Part shown: positions 18,651-29,505 of the stretch, piece after piece | How positions within the stretch are numbered: the stretch's first letter is position 1 | Layout: each line of letters starts with the position of its first letter | IMG/VR virus record: IMGVR_UViG_3300028840_004447 | Source: a virus | Length of the DNA stretch: 64,000 nucleotides | Direction: 5' to 3' (one strand) | Notes under the pieces: model-generated | The model's input: only the letters and a program-made list of their open reading frames with translations | What the model was told of the DNA's origin: nothing | Databases searched by the model: none | Made by a program: the position numbers and the translations under genes

Positions 18651-20045
18651 ATGGGTAAAGGCACGATACAATCTGATCTTGGAAGCGGACATTACTCCGT
18701 CGAACTGAACTTAGCGCGCGACGGATATAACGCAACTGTTGCCAGTATCAATGCTCAGATTACGACCTTGACTGCATATATTGCAACGCTGCCGGCTGGG
18801 GCTGAGAAGAACCTGGCTGAACTCAGGAAGACTGCTCTAGAGAAACGCCTGACTTATATGGCCGCAAACTTCCCGGCTGATCCCACAATTAATGCTTGGT
18901 GCGCGGATTCGACCGAAGGACTGTCAGGAGAGGTCGGCACGATTGAAGTTCCAGGTGAACGAGGTTCAGTCAATATCCAGCCCGGGTATGGTGGCAATGC
19001 TGTTTATGATTCTGCCCGGGACGGACAGCTCGGCCATCCGCTGAACAATCCACCGGAAGGAACTTGGTATAATTTGGCGATGCTTCCTGGCTGGCAGAAA
19101 TGGCAACCGACTTATCGGTATGGAACAATCACAGCTAAGCCAACTGTAGATACGGCAGATGTGACTCTGGATGCAGCCACAAGCAGTCAACAGTCATTAG
19201 ATGTTAATCAGACACCGACTTTGTCTGATGTTCCGATTTCGTATGAGGATTGCGATGGTGATGCGTTCAGTGTAACAGATGAGGTCTTAGTCAAATTCAC
19301 GAGTCAGAACTGGGCAAACCCGGTAATTGTGGGCTTTAAGGACAATCCCACTCCTTGCTATGTGGCTCCGACCGTTCAGCTAGGGAACCAGTTTGCGAAG
19401 GTTTATCAGTTGCAGCTATCATCCATGTTTGCTTATGGTGGGACAGGAGTGGGGCCGTTCAATTTCTCGGCTTCAGTAGGAACTTTTCTTACACCTAACA
19501 CGGGGCTCAATCATTCCGTATTAACTGTTTGGCAAGCTCCAACGGGTAGTGGATCTGCAACGATTACCGTGGATGATACGGGTCGGCCGCCTGATAAGGA
19601 TCAGCATACGATTACGTATCACAACACGCAACAGATCCCGAATGATACTCCGTTAACCGATAACTATTTGGGGGGTTGGACAGGTATTGTGTCCGCATCT
19701 ACTCAATACACGGGATATGTTTCATCAGGGTCACAGTGGTTCACACACCCTTCCCTAACTCCCGCAATAGGTACGATTAATATCGGGGATTTTGCAGTCA
19801 TGGGGATGAACCCAACTTGGACACCAGGCATGCCTTGTTATGATCTGTTTTTACCGTACCTTGCAAAAGGGGTTCCCTATATTGCATGCCAGATTATTGA
19901 TAAGGGGTATAATGGTGGGGTCGGATCTATAAAGACAGAATACAAGTGGTGCGAGAACTGTTCAGGTCAGTGGATAAACGTTTTCAGGGGCCGACCAGTT
20001 GTTGGCCGCGCATCTATGTCTATATTGCCAAATCAATTTTGCTAA
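18651..20045 (+). CDS. Tail tip/baseplate-associated protein
   Basis: MGKG.I....G.G.Y.V, AWCAD.TE.LSGEV.TIEVPGE, P.YR.G.IT motifs. Synteny. Confidence 0.55.
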   Translation: MGKGTIQSDLGSGHYSVELNLARDGYNATVASINAQITTLTAYIATLPAGAEKNLAELRKTALEKRLTYMAANFPADPTINAWCADSTEGLSGEVGTIEVPGERGSVNIQPGYGGNAVYDSARDGQLGHPLNNPPEGTWYNLAMLPGWQKWQPTYRYGTITAKPTVDTADVTLDAATSSQQSLDVNQTPTLSDVPISYEDCDGDAFSVTDEVLVKFTSQNWANPVIVGFKDNPTPCYVAPTVQLGNQFAKVYQLQLSSMFAYGGTGVGPFNFSASVGTFLTPNTGLNHSVLTVWQAPTGSGSATITVDDTGRPPDKDQHTITYHNTQQIPNDTPLTDNYLGGWTGIVSASTQYTGYVSSGSQWFTHPSLTPAIGTINIGDFAVMGMNPTWTPGMPCYDLFLPYLAKGVPYIACQIIDKGYNGGVGSIKTEYKWCENCSGQWINVFRGRPVVGRASMSILPNQFC

Positions 20046-20058
20046 AGGAGATAATAAA

Positions 20059-20391
20059 ATGGCCGTTCAAGCAATGGTAGAAAGAGCACTTGGTAGGAAA
20101 CCAGGATATCATCACACGGAGCAGTTAGCAGATGGGATCACAGGAGATCCCGTTGTTGTTCCCCCACTGAACGGGCAACCGGTCACGTGTACAATCAGGA
20201 TCACGGGAGTGAGTGGCAAGGTTCAGTTCACAACTTCGACCGATGCGGCCGTTGCAGCCGGCACGGCTGTCTGGCAGGATTGGCCAGAAGGAACTGTGAC
20301 CACAAATACTTCGGATACTCTGCTTGGTCCTGTTACGGCAGTTCGCGGTGTTTCGGTTTCCGGTGTTATTGACTTTGACGTTGTAGTATAA
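20059..20391 (+). CDS. Small virion-associated hypothetical protein
   Basis: ATG 20059 with RBS AAAGGAG. Beta-rich sequence. Confidence 0.5.
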   Translation: MAVQAMVERALGRKPGYHHTEQLADGITGDPVVVPPLNGQPVTCTIRITGVSGKVQFTTSTDAAVAAGTAVWQDWPEGTVTTNTSDTLLGPVTAVRGVSVSGVIDFDVVV

Positions 20392-20408
20392 CGGAAGGAA
20401 GGTGAAAC

Positions 20409-20768
20409 ATGGCACTTTGGTTAAGCGAACTAGGAGCAAATGGAGCAGCTGGTGGACTGGCCTGGGTAGATCGGGGAGTTGTTACTCTGAGTGGCGGAGT
20501 TCTAGATGCTTCTGCCGGCCCTGGGTTGTATACTGTTGCGGCAGAAACAGGCACGGCGGACAATCTTACTCAGATCACGGGGTTGACCCTATTTGAAGGG
20601 ATCAGGATCCAGCCTGATACAGGTGATACGATCACGGTCAAGGATGGGGCAAAACTGCATCTCCAAGGGGTCGACTTTCCCATGGATAACGTGAATGACC
20701 TGATGGAGCTAACATGCAATGTAGCTGGCGATGAATGTACTGAAGTATCGCGGGCTGATAACAACTAA
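20409..20768 (+). CDS. Small beta-rich tail-associated protein
   Basis: RBS GGAAGGAAGG, 119 aa. Confidence 0.5.
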   Translation: MALWLSELGANGAAGGLAWVDRGVVTLSGGVLDASAGPGLYTVAAETGTADNLTQITGLTLFEGIRIQPDTGDTITVKDGAKLHLQGVDFPMDNVNDLMELTCNVAGDECTEVSRADNN

Positions 20769-20780
20769 GGAGAACGCAAA

Positions 20781-23700
20781 ATGAAATTCAAGATCACAAC
20801 CCTACTGATGGTTGCCCTTCTCCTCTGCGCGTCTTCTGCTTTCGGTGGTATTGGGAGCCCGATGATTGAGGGGAAAGCACTCACAACTACCCTCATGGAA
20901 GCCCAGGGTGCAGATGTGGCCAGTGCAAATGCTCTGACCTTGGGAAACGACGGGAATGCTTTCGATATTACAGGCACGACCACGATTAATACTATTGCAA
21001 CCCAAGGTGTCGGGACTCGGGTCACGCTTCAGTTCGATGGTATTCTTCAGCTTACTCACAGTGCAGATCTTGTCTTGCCAACGGGTTCAAATATCACTAC
21101 AGCCGCGGGGGATATCGCAGTCTTCTACGAGTATGCATCAGGAGACTGGAGATGCGAGACTTATACCCGGGCAGATGGAACAGCCTTGTCGGCGGATGCT
21201 GCCTTGCTCCTCGACGGTTCTACTCAGATGACCGGCCCAGTGAAAATGGCTCAGGGATCTGATGTAGCCAGCGCGAATAATATGACCCTTGGGAATGATG
21301 GGAATTTTTTCGATATCACGGGAACTACAACCATTAATACCATTGCGACTAAGGCCGTTGGAACACGGGTCACGCTTCAGTTCGACGGGATCCTCCAATT
21401 GACCCATAGCGCAGATTTGGTTCTTCCTACGGGTGCGAATATTACAACAGCCGCGGGAGATATTGCTTCATTCTATGAGTATGCGACTGGTGATTGGCGG
21501 TGTGATACCTATCTTCGAGCAGATGGCACGGCCCTCGTAGATGATGATGGGTTGACCTCTGTAGCTGTCCAAACAGGAGCTTATTCAGCCAATGCGAATG
21601 AGTGGGTTCCGTGTAATGTTGCAGCAGGCGGATTTACGGTCACACTTCCTGCAACCCCGGCTAATGGAACTCGGATGGTCATAGCAAATGTTACAGTTGC
21701 CGCAGGAAATACAAATGTTCTTCAGATCGATTCGGCTGGTGGAGATACCTTTGCGATTGCCGCTGGTCCTACAAGTTTGTATTCAACAGAGTTTCTCGAA
21801 GTATATAATCTTCAGTATGATGCTTCAAAAGCAACCTGGGAACTTATTCAAACAGCAGCTCCTTCAAATTATGCTGTTAATTTCCCCGGTATAGATGCTC
21901 AAACCCCCTTAACTAGTGCTGATATTTCAGTAGATACAGGAACTCGAGTGCTTACAGTTACCCCTCCCTTAGGATACTTTAATATCGTAGTAAATGGGGA
22001 TGGAAGAGCTCGGAAGTTTAGAAAGGACGGTGCTCAGGCATTCCCTGCCTTCACAGATACTTCGGGGATGTGGTATTTCTATTTCAACTCCTCGGGAACA
22101 GCAACGACCACTCAAACTCCATGGACAGGTGCAGATTTCCATACTAGTGCTCTTGTATATCGGTTATACTGGAATGCTACGGAAACGGGTGCAGACAAAT
22201 TGGTGGATGAATATGTCGAGTACCATGAGAATGATATCCCGGCCGATACTCACCAATGGTTGCATTTGTATGGAGCTGTCTGGGTATCGGGTGGAGTGAT
22301 GACCAATAATGCTCTTACTTCAGGAGCACCGGCTGCGGATGGAAGCGAGACAGTTATCGGCCTTTCTACTGTCACGGTGACTGATGACAACCTAGAATAT
22401 ACAGTTACAAATGCAAGTTCTCCCTCGGCTGATTGGGAGCAGGATCTGGGTGAAACGAATGCCGGATCCTTGGATGCAACCAATAGCGGCCAGTTTGAAA
22501 TCTTCGTTCAAGATGGGGCTGGGCTAGTTACGTATTTGCCTGCAACTCGGTTCCCGTTTGACTGGGGATCAGGGGACAATATTCCTCAGTATATCACTTC
22601 GACAGGTACACGAACCGATGTTACGAATACCTATTACATGGTTTGGTTTGTTTATGCTACTCAGAATCCTAACCAGGGCGTAGCCGTCAAGCTTGTTTCG
22701 GCTCCAACTGAGTACGCAGATATTACTTCTGCGCGGAGTGTTACTTGGACGACTATTCAGAACACTTATTCGATTCTGAACGATGGGGAGATCCGGCCAC
22801 TTTACAGGTTGATTTCTCAAGTTCGGCATTCTGCCAGTCCGTATCCGGCAGGGGCTAAGTATACAGCTCTCCGTGAGACTCAGGACTTGAGGAAGGCCGA
22901 GGTTACCTCGACCACTGTTGCAACAGGTTCACTTCCTGCTTCATCTGTTACAGTCGTTGCCGCGGGGAACATATCCTCGACGAATGCGCAAGCAGCTCTG
23001 GAAGAACTGGACACTGAGAAATTCCAGTTGGCAGGAGTTGCGGGTGGCCAGACCGCGATTGGTGGAACTGCATCAGGGGATGACCTGATTCTTCAATCGA
23101 CTTCTGATGCAACTAAAGGGCTCTTCGGTTTTGATATTCCAACTCCAACGGCCAAGTATCATTTTGGTCATAATGCTGCTTACAGTGCAGTATTTGATAT
23201 GTATAGTACTACTAATTCAACGATGGCTGATATCGCGATCAGGAAGAGCTCAAGTGGAACCCTGGAAACGCTTGCTCAAACAGCCGATGGTGAGGATCTT
23301 GGAAGCATAAGCTGGTACGGAGTTAAAGGCACTCTAGCTTGGGCAATCGGTGCTAGGATTCGGGTCGCTCAGGACTCGACCACGAATGTATATACACCTG
23401 GGGCTTTGATCTTTGAAACATATGAGCGAACAAGCGGCGTAAGAACAAACGCATATCGGATCAATTCATCAGGCGGTTCGAGCTGGAACGTTTCAGCAGT
23501 GTCAATAGCGGACTTTGATATGAGGTCTAGTTCTGGAGCCACAGAACTAGCCTTAGCCTCCAATTCATCTGATGCCGATGTTACTCTTTCCTTTGCAGAT
23601 AATGCTGTAATCGAGTGGAATATCAAACGGGAAGAGACTGGCAACTATTTGGAGATCTGGGAGACCGGCGTGGGGATGTACACGCAGTATGCACCGGGTG

Positions 23701-24641
23701 GCAATATTGGTTGGGGCGGTGTGACTCCAACACAGAAGTATGAGTTTGCACATACTTCGGATTTCAAGTTTGCTGTTGATCTGTATAGTGTAACCAATAC
23801 AGACGAGGCAGAAATCGCTATTCGGAAAAACGGGAACGCCACTTATGGTGGTTGGACGAAAACCGTGGATGAAGAGGAAATTGGAGATCTTACTTTCTAT
23901 GGTGTCAATACGGGTGAGACTGATTGGGCTCCAATGGCTCGGATGCGGGTCGAACAGGAAGGGAATGCAGGGGCAACTTATAACCCATCTAAGCTGATCC
24001 TTGAACCGACAAGTTCTTCCGGCTACCTATCTTATAAGCTCGTGCTTGATACGAACGGGCTGTCTGGTATTAATACCGGTGGCAATCCTGCTTATGAGTG
24101 GCATGTTGGCGGAGCTAGTGTTTCGAGGATAGGTCTGACGACAGGCGGTTCTGATGATGCAACAATCCACTTCGCTGATGGGACCACGGATGAGTGGGAA
24201 CTGAAACGAGAAGAGACAGGGAACTATTTTGAGATCTATGAAACAGGGGTCGGCACGCACTTTCAGATGGCGCCTGGCGGGGCTGCGACCTTTGCCAGTA
24301 CAGTAGATGGGGAGACTGTTGTGAACCTGTCCACGGCTGCTACAGTGACCGTATCGGGTACAAATCAGTTCTATGTAAATAATGATGATGATGCAATCGA
24401 GTTTGATCTGCCGGCAGATCCCACGGGTAATATGTTTTGCTTCCGAAACCGGTATGCTCAGGCTATCACGATTGATCCGAATGGAACAGACGTGATCACA
24501 ATGACCGATACAGCGGCATCGGCAGGAGAGGCTGTAGTCTCAACAGGCGCGGCAGATGAATATATATGCCTGGCTGGTGTGGATACCTCCAACTGGATCG
24601 GTATGGGGATCGTCGGAACGTGGGCAGAAGAAACACCGTAA
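20781..24641 (+). CDS. Large modular tail-fibre/adhesin-like protein with signal peptide
   Basis: MKFKITTLLMVALLLCASSAFG. Two ~115-aa N-terminal repeats (AQG.DVASAN..TLGNDGN.FDITGTTTINTIAT...) and two C-terminal repeats (F.D....EW..KREETGNY.EI.ETGVG). Confidence 0.65.
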   Translation: MKFKITTLLMVALLLCASSAFGGIGSPMIEGKALTTTLMEAQGADVASANALTLGNDGNAFDITGTTTINTIATQGVGTRVTLQFDGILQLTHSADLVLPTGSNITTAAGDIAVFYEYASGDWRCETYTRADGTALSADAALLLDGSTQMTGPVKMAQGSDVASANNMTLGNDGNFFDITGTTTINTIATKAVGTRVTLQFDGILQLTHSADLVLPTGANITTAAGDIASFYEYATGDWRCDTYLRADGTALVDDDGLTSVAVQTGAYSANANEWVPCNVAAGGFTVTLPATPANGTRMVIANVTVAAGNTNVLQIDSAGGDTFAIAAGPTSLYSTEFLEVYNLQYDASKATWELIQTAAPSNYAVNFPGIDAQTPLTSADISVDTGTRVLTVTPPLGYFNIVVNGDGRARKFRKDGAQAFPAFTDTSGMWYFYFNSSGTATTTQTPWTGADFHTSALVYRLYWNATETGADKLVDEYVEYHENDIPADTHQWLHLYGAVWVSGGVMTNNALTSGAPAADGSETVIGLSTVTVTDDNLEYTVTNASSPSADWEQDLGETNAGSLDATNSGQFEIFVQDGAGLVTYLPATRFPFDWGSGDNIPQYITSTGTRTDVTNTYYMVWFVYATQNPNQGVAVKLVSAPTEYADITSARSVTWTTIQNTYSILNDGEIRPLYRLISQVRHSASPYPAGAKYTALRETQDLRKAEVTSTTVATGSLPASSVTVVAAGNISSTNAQAALEELDTEKFQLAGVAGGQTAIGGTASGDDLILQSTSDATKGLFGFDIPTPTAKYHFGHNAAYSAVFDMYSTTNSTMADIAIRKSSSGTLETLAQTADGEDLGSISWYGVKGTLAWAIGARIRVAQDSTTNVYTPGALIFETYERTSGVRTNAYRINSSGGSSWNVSAVSIADFDMRSSSGATELALASNSSDADVTLSFADNAVIEWNIKREETGNYLEIWETGVGMYTQYAPGGNIGWGGVTPTQKYEFAHTSDFKFAVDLYSVTNTDEAEIAIRKNGNATYGGWTKTVDEEEIGDLTFYGVNTGETDWAPMARMRVEQEGNAGATYNPSKLILEPTSSSGYLSYKLVLDTNGLSGINTGGNPAYEWHVGGASVSRIGLTTGGSDDATIHFADGTTDEWELKREETGNYFEIYETGVGTHFQMAPGGAATFASTVDGETVVNLSTAATVTVSGTNQFYVNNDDDAIEFDLPADPTGNMFCFRNRYAQAITIDPNGTDVITMTDTAASAGEAVVSTGAADEYICLAGVDTSNWIGMGIVGTWAEETP

Positions 24642-24667
24642 ACCCTAAACAACCCCTGAGGTACAAA

Positions 24668-27600
24668 ATGAAAAAGATACTTTGCCTAATTCTGGCATTT
24701 TGCCTGATTATCCCAGCTCCATCGTTTGCTCTGATGATAACCGCTCTCACGCCAAGTGGGAGCGGTGCCGAAACGGTGGGCTGGTTAGAGGACTGGGAAA
24801 AACGGGTTGAAATCACTCTTTCCAATACCAATGTGGATTCGGAGTTGACCAATTTCCCTGTCCTCGTTTATCTGAGTGCAAGCTCAGGAACTGGAACAGA
24901 TGATGTGAGTTTTGTCTTTGACGAACTTACATCAGATGATAATCGCAAACGAATAGCCTTAACTTCCTCGGATGGAACCACCCAGCTATACGGGGAGATT
25001 GAGCGCTGGGATGATGCGAATGAGAAAGCGTGGATCTGGGTCAAAGTCCCCACTGTTAGTGACTCGGAAGATACCACGATCTTTCTTTACTTTGATGACA
25101 ATCAGCCTGAAAACACGACCTATATTGGAGACTCGACTGATGACGTAGCACATAATGTATGGGACTCAAATTACGTGGCTGTCATGCATATGGCTCAGGA
25201 TCCGGATGGCGATGCAACGGATGCCATGAAGGATTCCACGTCCAATGAGAATGACGGTACTCCAACAGGGACCATGACCTCGGCTGATCTGGTTGACGGT
25301 AAGATCGGCAAGGCAATCGAGTTTGATGGGTCTGATGATGGGATTGAACTCAAGAACGAAAGTCAGTTCGATTTTGCTACTGAGTCCTTCACCCTGGAAG
25401 CATTTTTCTATACTGAGACTGTCGCATCTGGAAATTATGAGATTGCAGGGAAGCACCATGATGCAGATCCTTCGGGTTATTTTATGCGGGAAGATGGAAC
25501 GAATGGTGATTTCAATGCATGGATTTATGATTCGGGTGGTTATGAAAGTGCTGGGAGTTCGGGCGGAGTTATGTCTGTTCAAACTTGGTATTACGGCTCG
25601 ATGATGTATGATGCTACAGGCAATAATTTGTATGCAAACTTCAACGGGACAGATTATGGACCGACAGGAAGCGTGCTTTCTCCCGTCGGGAATAATAACC
25701 CGTTCACAATCGGTAAGGAAAACGACGGCACAGATTTCCCATGGGAAGGGCAGATTGACGAAGTCCGTGTTTCCAATATCAAACGAACAGATGATTGGTT
25801 GAAGGCCAGCCGTATCTCAGGCACGGATGGTCTTGCAAGCTACGGGTCTGAAGAAGAGTATGCAAATGTGTGGTTAGGGAGCTGGGAGAACAGGATTCCT
25901 TTGACTATATCCAATACAAATGTCGATTCCGACCTGACCGATTTTCCTGTCCTTGTTTATCTGTCAACCTCATCCGGGACAGGCACGACTGATGTAAGTG
26001 CAGTATTTGATGAACTGAAGTTCGACGGGAACAGGAAGAAAATCGCAATCACTTCAGCCGACAAACTCACACAGTTATACGTGGAGATTGAGCGCTGGGA
26101 TGATGCAAATGAGAAGGCCTGGCTCTGGGTAAAGGTTCCCACTGTTTCTTCATCCGCTTCTACTCTGCTTTATCTGTATTATGATATCAATCAGCCAGAC
26201 AATGCAGTCTATGTCGGGGATACAACCGAGACGGCTGCTCAGAATGTTTGGGATGCTAACTTTCTAAATGTCTATCATATGGCTCAGGATCCAAATGGAG
26301 ATGTAGCTGATTCGGTCAAGGACTCTACTTCTAATGCAACCCATGCAGATCCCGAAGGAACCATGACAACCGATGATCTTGTGGATGGAAAAATCGGCAA
26401 AGCAATTGAATTTGATGGATCTGATGATGCTTTAGGTGGGATCGGAAACTTTGCCGTTGCAACCGGAACAACAGAAGCTTATATCAATATGACGACCGAT
26501 ATTAGCGGTAATTACATGTGGGTCGGTAATGGAAATGGATCAAGTGATACGGTTTGGTTCAGTGGATTCGTAAGTTCGATTGACGATGTTCGGACATCGG
26601 TCTACAATAGCGGATGGACAGACCTTGACACAACAACGGGCGATTGGGAGACAAATACATATTACAGTATGGCAACCCTTTGGGGAACGGGTGGGATGAG
26701 CATCTGGGTTGGTGGTGCAGAATCTATAAACAATGCAACTACAACCTTGCCCGCTTCTCCCACGACTGGCTGGATTGCGGACTCATCTCCTAATGGAAAT
26801 CAACATTTTAAGGGGATCATTGATGAAGTTCGAATCTCAGATATCCAGAGATCTGATGAATGGCTAAAGGCGACTTACTATTCCAATGAAGACGGCCTGA
26901 TTGCTTATGGATCTGCATCCACTTCGGCACCGGGTTGGTTATCAGGGGAATGGGACAGTCGTATCCTGATCACTCTCGATGATACAAATGTTGACGGATC
27001 CTTGGCCAATATTCCTGTGCTCCTGTATATTAGTGCAGCCTCCGGTCCGGGTTCCGCTGATCTGTCTCCCGTGTTTGATGAACTGGCTTCTGATGCAAAT
27101 CGGAAGAAAATTGCAGTGACCAAAGCCGATGGCGTGACTGAACTGTATGTGGAGATTGAGCGCTGGGATGACGCAAATGAGAAGGCCTGGCTCTGGGTAA
27201 AGGTACCCAAACTATATATGAAAGGATCCAATTCACTATTCTTCTATTTTGATGCAGATCACGCAGACAATGATTCCTATGTGGGTGATACTACTGATGC
27301 AGTCGTTCATAATGTCTGGGATTCTAACTATGCCCTGGTTTACCATATGGCTCAGGATCCAAACGGGGATGTTGCAGATTCTATCAAGGACTCTACTTCC
27401 AACGAGAATGACGGAACTCCTGTCGGATCCATGACCACTGCGGATCTGGTTGACGCCTATATCGGCAAAGGTCTAGAGTTTGATGGGTCTAATGATTATA
27501 TCTCTGTAGGTGACCATACTTCCATTAGAGTTACAACAGGGCTCACGATTGAAATTGCAGCCAATTTGACAGCCACCACGGACGAGGGTATTATTCAGAA

Positions 27601-29068
27601 GGGCACGGACTTCAATAACGAGTACGGAGTCTATGCAATCTCAAATGCTGGCGGAGCTTGGAAGCTCAGATTGAATGCTTCAGACACAGAAGGGAATGGA
27701 AAAGAGTCCGGGGGATCTGCTTCGACAGGAACCTGGTACTCGGTATTTGGTAGTTATGGTGACCAAACTATGTCCTTGTCCGTGGACACGGCCAGCATCG
27801 GTTCGTCTTCCTTCACGGGACCACTGAACACTGACACAAATGCGATTCGGGTTGGTGATTACTGGTCCTCCTTATTCACAATTAACGGGCTGCTTGACGA
27901 GGTCCGACTTTCAAATATAGCCCGAAGCGCTGATTATGAAAAGGCAACTTACTATTCCAATACGGATGACCTTGCTTATTACAGCTCGGTAGAAAACGAC
28001 CCTGATTTCCTGAGCGGCTGGGATCAGCGGCTTAGGATTGACCTGGACAATTCCTTCTTTACCTCTGCCGAGACTGATTTCCCTGTTCTCGTCTACTTGA
28101 GTGCGAGTTCAGGCAAAGGGGCGAGGGATGTAAGCTATGTGTTTGATGAACTGGCTTCAGATGCCAATCGGAAAAAGATTGCAGTTACGAGTTCTGATGG
28201 TGAGACAGAACTATACGCCGAGATTGAACGCTGGGACGATGCGAATGAGAAAGCATGGCTATGGGTCAAGATTCCAACCTTCAAAACAGAAGGGAATGCC
28301 ATGTCTCTGTTTTTCTATTTTGACGCAGACCACGCAGACAATACAACCTACATTGGAGACACAACTGATGCAGTAACTCATAATGTATGGAACTCGGATT
28401 TCTCAGTTGTCTACCATATGGCTCAGGATCCAAACGGGGATGTTGCGGGGTCTATAAAGGATTCGACTTCCAATGGCGACGATGCGGATCCAAACGGATC
28501 CATGGTCACGGCTGATCTGGTTGACGGCCAGATTGGTAAGGGTATTGAGTTCGACGGCTCCTCCCAATATTTGGATGGGATCACAGAAGTCTTCTTTGCT
28601 GATGCAACCGGCACGATAGAGGTCTGGGGCAAATGGACAGCTATTGCAGCAAACCGAACACTGGTTGGAGTTCAGAATGGAAGCAGTGATGGAGTCGGAG
28701 CTATTCAGTATCAAAATGCACAAGATGCTTTGCGATTGGCCATACACGATGGTGGCTGGGACACGATTGATTGTGTGGGCTGTATTTCCGCAGGAACATT
28801 CTATGGTGGTGCAGGAACCTGGGACGGTAGCGGAAAGATACTTTATCTCAACGGCACCGCTGTTGGAACTAACTCAGATACAGGCGGCTCGGTTGGTGCA
28901 GCCTCTTCATCAGTCGGTCGCCATTCTGGCAATGGTCCTGAGTATATGTACGGAATAATTGATGAGGTTAGATATTCGACAATCAGCCGGGATGCGGAGT
29001 ATCTGAAGGCAACCTATAATTCTAATATTGACAATATAGGATATTTCAGCGCAGAAGAAACCCCATAA
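24668..29068 (+). CDS. Exported protein with four tandem DUF2341-like + LamG/ConA-like modules
   Basis: Start moved to ATG 24668 (MKKILCLILAFCLIIPAPSFA). Four copies of W..R......VDS.L..FPVL.YLS.SSG / EIERWDDANEKAW.WVK.P / HMAQDP / DG.IGK.IEFDGS / IDEVR.S..R...W.KA. Confidence 0.85.
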   Translation: MKKILCLILAFCLIIPAPSFALMITALTPSGSGAETVGWLEDWEKRVEITLSNTNVDSELTNFPVLVYLSASSGTGTDDVSFVFDELTSDDNRKRIALTSSDGTTQLYGEIERWDDANEKAWIWVKVPTVSDSEDTTIFLYFDDNQPENTTYIGDSTDDVAHNVWDSNYVAVMHMAQDPDGDATDAMKDSTSNENDGTPTGTMTSADLVDGKIGKAIEFDGSDDGIELKNESQFDFATESFTLEAFFYTETVASGNYEIAGKHHDADPSGYFMREDGTNGDFNAWIYDSGGYESAGSSGGVMSVQTWYYGSMMYDATGNNLYANFNGTDYGPTGSVLSPVGNNNPFTIGKENDGTDFPWEGQIDEVRVSNIKRTDDWLKASRISGTDGLASYGSEEEYANVWLGSWENRIPLTISNTNVDSDLTDFPVLVYLSTSSGTGTTDVSAVFDELKFDGNRKKIAITSADKLTQLYVEIERWDDANEKAWLWVKVPTVSSSASTLLYLYYDINQPDNAVYVGDTTETAAQNVWDANFLNVYHMAQDPNGDVADSVKDSTSNATHADPEGTMTTDDLVDGKIGKAIEFDGSDDALGGIGNFAVATGTTEAYINMTTDISGNYMWVGNGNGSSDTVWFSGFVSSIDDVRTSVYNSGWTDLDTTTGDWETNTYYSMATLWGTGGMSIWVGGAESINNATTTLPASPTTGWIADSSPNGNQHFKGIIDEVRISDIQRSDEWLKATYYSNEDGLIAYGSASTSAPGWLSGEWDSRILITLDDTNVDGSLANIPVLLYISAASGPGSADLSPVFDELASDANRKKIAVTKADGVTELYVEIERWDDANEKAWLWVKVPKLYMKGSNSLFFYFDADHADNDSYVGDTTDAVVHNVWDSNYALVYHMAQDPNGDVADSIKDSTSNENDGTPVGSMTTADLVDAYIGKGLEFDGSNDYISVGDHTSIRVTTGLTIEIAANLTATTDEGIIQKGTDFNNEYGVYAISNAGGAWKLRLNASDTEGNGKESGGSASTGTWYSVFGSYGDQTMSLSVDTASIGSSSFTGPLNTDTNAIRVGDYWSSLFTINGLLDEVRLSNIARSADYEKATYYSNTDDLAYYSSVENDPDFLSGWDQRLRIDLDNSFFTSAETDFPVLVYLSASSGKGARDVSYVFDELASDANRKKIAVTSSDGETELYAEIERWDDANEKAWLWVKIPTFKTEGNAMSLFFYFDADHADNTTYIGDTTDAVTHNVWNSDFSVVYHMAQDPNGDVAGSIKDSTSNGDDADPNGSMVTADLVDGQIGKGIEFDGSSQYLDGITEVFFADATGTIEVWGKWTAIAANRTLVGVQNGSSDGVGAIQYQNAQDALRLAIHDGGWDTIDCVGCISAGTFYGGAGTWDGSGKILYLNGTAVGTNSDTGGSVGAASSSVGRHSGNGPEYMYGIIDEVRYSTISRDAEYLKATYNSNIDNIGYFSAEETP

Positions 29069-29133
29069 TCTTCTTTCTTGCCGATCCCGAAACCGGAGCT
29101 CAAACGACTAATCCATGACAAGGGAGAACAGTT

Positions 29134-29478
29134 ATGCCGAAAGATGACTTGAAACTTAGCTTGCAACGACGGTCAACAGAGAACGGAATCACAAGTGCTA
29201 ATTTCGAGGCCATGGATGATGTCACCCGGGCCTGGCACCTCTATTCACGGATCAATGCCGTCGGGGGAGCTGTTGAAAGTCTTGTAGATCATCTGTCCGA
29301 TCACTGTCCTGCTCAGCAAGATGAATGTGTAGACAAATTCATCAAGTTAGAAGCAAAAGTGGATAAGATAAAGATCGGAGCAATCATCTGTATTTCTCTC
29401 TCGCTAGGAACGGCAATCGGGATGGGAGTACTCAACCACGATAAAGCAATCGGGATCTTGCTTAAGCTCTTTGCCTGA
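29134..29478 (+). CDS. Membrane-anchored protein (holin/antiholin-like)
   Basis: C-terminal hydrophobic segment, directly upstream of the endolysin. Confidence 0.45.
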   Translation: MPKDDLKLSLQRRSTENGITSANFEAMDDVTRAWHLYSRINAVGGAVESLVDHLSDHCPAQQDECVDKFIKLEAKVDKIKIGAIICISLSLGTAIGMGVLNHDKAIGILLKLFA

Positions 29479-29505
29479 TCCCACAATTAGCCAGGAGACC
29501 GGGAT

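Noticed and set aside
24566-24667. Upstream start for the 1500-aa ORF as given in the ORF track
   Set aside because: It overlaps the previous gene and gives an implausible N-terminus. ATG 24668 yields a clean signal peptide.
18651-29068. Diversity-generating retroelement targeting the fibres
   Set aside because: No reverse transcriptase and no template/variable repeat pair differing only at adenines was seen in the window.
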